This document shows positions 61,901 to 64,000 of a DNA stretch of 64,000 nucleotides, piece after piece; position 1 is the first letter of the stretch; the number at the start of each line of letters is the position of its first letter. This DNA is from Podarcis erhardii (taxonomy: Eukaryota). The translations under genes and the position numbers were made by a program. The notes below the pieces were generated by a model. It saw nothing but the letters and a program-made list of their open reading frames with translations. It had not been told where the DNA came from and ran no database searches. The DNA is taken from assembly GCA_964252035.1 (NCBI GenBank), contig OZ176205.1, one strand, 5' to 3'.

Positions 61901-62289
61901 ACATTCCTCATACTTTCCTGGGGGACAAAAAAATATCTTCCCAAAGCTTTCCTTTTAGAACTGATAGCATGAAATTCAAGCTTTTCATTAAAACTTGGGA
62001 GTATGTAATAGAAATGCCTTCCCTTTGAAAGACAATAAACTTGAATGCCCCATTGCTTTTGCTTACTTATAGTCTGGGAAAACTTCCTGGGAGTTTTTCC
62101 TCTTGATTATACAGCTGAGCATCAAAAATGGCTCAGTTCCATTCCCAAGAAGCTCAAAATAAAGAAGGATTATTCATGGTTTCCCCCTTGTCATTTATCG
62201 TGTTCAAAACAATAGGATATTTGAACATTCATTGCTGTTGTTACTCCATATCAGAATAGACACCAGAGCTGGTTTGCCTGCTACAACTC

Positions 62290-62540
62290 CTTTTGGACAG
62301 GATGACTTAGCCACTGTACTTTTTTGCTTTTGTTACTTTCAGGCTATTACAGTATACTCTACACAGGGTTATCCTTAAAGATGACTCAGAAATTAGAAGC
62401 AGAAGTTGCCAGGAAAAAATACAGGGCTATTGTTCTCATGCTCTACTTTGTGGTTTTCCATAGGCATCTGGTTGTCCACAGGTTGTTGGACCAGATGAGA
62501 CTTTGGTTTGATTCAGCAGGGCTTTCCTTATGTCTTTATG
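62290..62540 (+). mobile_element. Decayed L2 fragment abutting a CR1 3' fragment
   Basis: GYYSILYTGLSLKMTQKLE aligns by eye with DYCNALYMGLPLKVTQKLQ of the 30636 ORF. Downstream, ggcatctggttgtccac…tttgattcagcagggctttccttatg is CR1-like. Confidence 0.6.
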
Positions 62541-63394
62541 TTACCAGTCCTGTAACCAGTCTAGATAGCGGTCATAAAACTGTGGGCCATTGGTCTACAC
62601 ACCCAAGAAATAAGGATGTAATGCTTTCATTATTGCCATGTTGCTCTTCTGTTGGTCTTCTTTGCTGTAGGTTCATCTGGGCCAGGACTTTGCAAAGTGA
62701 ATTATGTAGAACTAGGGAGCTGTCACACATTTTCTGGGTCTTTTGTTGCTAAGGTTTATTTCTTTTTGTTCTCCAATAAATACCCACAATCAGAAAAAAA
62801 CGAACAGCTTAATCGACTAATCTCAGCAGCCTGATTTAATAGAATCTGAGGAATTAAAACACAGACCTAGGCTTTAAAATGCTGTTGCTAGCTGAGTGGC
62901 AGGAAGTGTTGGTTTATAGAACCTGCTCTCAGTAATCCCATGTTAATTGTTAAAACGATGGAAAGCCATTGCACTAAAATGACCCCCGTCATAAGCAAAT
63001 GGGTGTGTGTGTCAAATAAAGCAGACAGATGGGTCTCCCAACCTTCTGCTGTCTGTTTGCCTATAGGCATGCACTGGGGAACAAAAGGGAAGATTGCATA
63101 CAAAGCCTGATGCCACTTTTGCTCTTCTTAAGTTTGCTCCAAGAGTCCTGCTTCCATGTTTTGTGGAAGCTCATGCTCCAGAATCTATCCACCTACTGTT
63201 TTAGCAATTGAGCAGTTTCTCTTCACCAGTCTGAATCTTACTCCTGAGCTGCTTTGTTTACAAAGAAGCTCTGCATTTCCCCATTCACTATAATGAAGAA
63301 TCTTTAAATGGGGATGTTTTCCCTTTGGGGCCAAAGTGGAATAAATTTACAGGTACAGGTGCCAATGCCAAATTGTAGACAAATAGTTCAGGGA

Positions 63395-63395
63395 C

Positions 63396-63441
<46 letters not shown>

Positions 63442-63500
63442 AATATCCCTGCTTTCCCCAGACCGGGACTCAAGGTTGCTTACACAAATTAAAACATTAT
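63395..63500 (-). mobile_element. (GTT)n tail plus L2-type 3' tip
   Basis: About 15 GTT units, then aatatccctgctttccccagaccgggactcaaggttgcttac. Confidence 0.7.
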
Positions 63501-64000
63501 TATTATATGGATATATTTGTTTAGGACAACTAAAACTCTTAAATGCATATTAGTTTCATATGTTCAAAGAGTGGAGACCAAGGGTTTATCTCTTGCACTT
63601 TCTTACCTGAAAAAAATTAAGATATGGCCAAGTGTTTGTACTTGCTTGTACAATTTTAAAAATTTTCAGCTTCACACTGACCTTTCTGGTGCTGTTTTGT
63701 GCCTTCTGGTAGGTTATACAGAATGAGGCCACCTAGCTGCCAGCCAGTTCTGTAGAGCAGTGTAAGATTTTTTTAAAATAATGAAATTGTACTTTAACAT
63801 TAAAAAAAAAAAAAAAACTTGCTGTTTTTCAGTGCTTTGGATGGTATTCAGCTATAGTTTACTCAGAGCAGACTTACTGAAATTGTCCTAAGTGATGGAA
63901 AGATTTTGGAATCTAAACAACACTCCCTTTCAGGTACAGTTTGGCTGTCTTGACTTTCTGTTCTCCAAAACTCTTCATATCTATATGACAGACAGTAATC

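Overview
Repeat-rich, largely non-coding vertebrate genomic DNA. The repeat families present (Sauria SINE, Bov-B 3' ends, a MIR-like tRNA SINE with (TTC)n tail, L2, CR1, L1, Penelope, many Tigger-like and hAT MITEs) point to a squamate reptile, most likely a lacertid lizard. That assignment is an inference from recalled family sequences, not a database result. I recognise no complete protein-coding gene; almost all ORFs in the supplied track are spurious or transposon-derived. The best-supported items are: (1) a 1.86-kb non-autonomous hAT element (14406-16267) with perfect 15-bp TIRs and a perfect 8-bp TSD, carrying about 10.4 copies of a 118-bp double-hairpin minisatellite with 4-unit higher-order structure plus an orphan end of a different DNA transposon; (2) a 5'-truncated Penelope element with a GIY-YIG endonuclease, a fold-back 5' junction and a minimal type-I hammerhead ribozyme; (3) a solo LTR, an L1 and several nested insertions with readable target-site duplications; (4) several repeat-free blocks with clustered K50-homeodomain (TAATCC) motifs that look like developmental enhancers; (5) weak candidate exons in the first 10.3 kb that I cannot assign to a gene. 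I found no CRISPR array, rRNA or bona fide tRNA gene.
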